Assembly: GCA_020137815.1 (NCBI GenBank)
Contig: CM035362.1
Span: 1,178,001 to 1,242,000 of the forward strand
Direction of reading: 5' to 3'
DNA length: 64,000 bases
From: Hormiphora californensis
Taxonomy: Eukaryota > Animalia > Ctenophora
Shown here: one piece after another, positions 63,401-64,000 of the stretch
Layout: every line of letters begins with the position of its first letter
How positions within the stretch are numbered: position 1 is the stretch's first letter
Translations under genes and position numbers: made by a program
The notes under the pieces: generated by a model
Databases searched by the model: none
Told to the model about the DNA's origin: nothing
The model's input: only the letters and a program-made list of their open reading frames with translations

Positions 63401-64000
63401 GGGATTTTCTGTTAATTTCAATACTGAAAAGTTCAAATTATCATTACTTCTATACCTCTCTACCCCCCCCCCCCTACCTAGGAGCGATACCCACCTCCCC
63501 TGGAAGACTTCATCTTTGTTTGTGATGCTGCCTATACAGACGCTCAAATCCTGAAAATGGAGAGGGTTCTGTGTGCTGACTTGGAATATGAGGTTTACAT
63601 GCCACATAGCTATAGTTTCCTACGTCGCTATGGGAAATGTATCAATGCTGATATGAGGCAGCTCACTATCGGAAGGTAAGGAGACAATTGTTTCTTTAAA
63701 CGAGGTGTCTTTCTGTCATTTTCCCAAAATAATGGCATCCAGTGACTCATTCACTAAAAGAAGGCAAACTGTTTCAATTCAATACGACCCTTTCATCCAA
63801 AATGTATATCCCTAGGTACGCATTGGAGCTCTCTCTACAAGAGTATGGCTATGTCACAAAGAGGCCCTCACAGCTGGCTGCTGCAGCCCTTCTCTTCTCA
63901 ATGCGAAAGGGAGGTGGTGAGAAACAGGACTGGGATACCACATGCCAACATTATACCGGCTACACCGAGGCAGAGCTAGAGGACCTGATAGACATGATGG
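60412..64000 (+). CDS. CCNB3: G2/mitotic cyclin B3, multi-exon, 3' end beyond the window
   Basis: D-box KRTALGDITN; cyclin box [59 protein letters not shown] (B3-type signatures). First exon MPLTRATTRSTTSTK at 60412 is tentative. Confidence 0.85.
61718..62540. mobile_element. Poly-G/poly-C-ended MULE/foldback-like non-autonomous element, 8-9 bp TSD, in a cyclin B3 intron
   Basis: CCTCGGCTG|Gn-ACATGTTAATT ... AATTAACATGT-Cn|CCTCGGCTG (61709-61717, 62541-62549); TTAACAAA subterminal repeats. Confidence 0.85.

Overview
Eukaryotic (invertebrate animal) genomic DNA: compact, intron-rich and gene-dense. A ctenophore-like genome is plausible from the short introns and divergent orthologues, but this cannot be proven from the window. 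Minus-strand genes: an unidentified coiled-coil gene (runs off the left edge), citrate synthase, SUDS3, and a ~27.5 kb VPS13A/C-type gene with a second copy of its 5' end. Plus-strand genes: an intronless MED16 and a cyclin B3 (runs off the right edge). Introns and intergenic DNA hold many mobile elements. Top finding: a ~4.1 kb insertion in a SUDS3 intron with no long ORF. It is flanked by a 15-bp target-site duplication, ends in an (AC)n tail, and begins exactly at G1 of a complete HDV-like self-cleaving ribozyme fold with unusually large J1/2 and P4 insertions, consistent with a ribozyme-capped non-autonomous retroelement. Also notable: a young Penelope-like element with inverted pLTR and two minimal hammerhead ribozymes inserted into a CRE-like retrotransposon; a Helitron/Helentron-like tandem concatemer; poly-G-ended foldback elements; several TA-flanked MITEs; a citrate synthase with both a mitochondrial presequence and a C-terminal PTS1-like AKL; and clustered RFX X-box motifs in VPS13 introns. 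Gene names come from manual recognition of translated exons. No searches were run, and exon coordinates are hand-derived and approximate.
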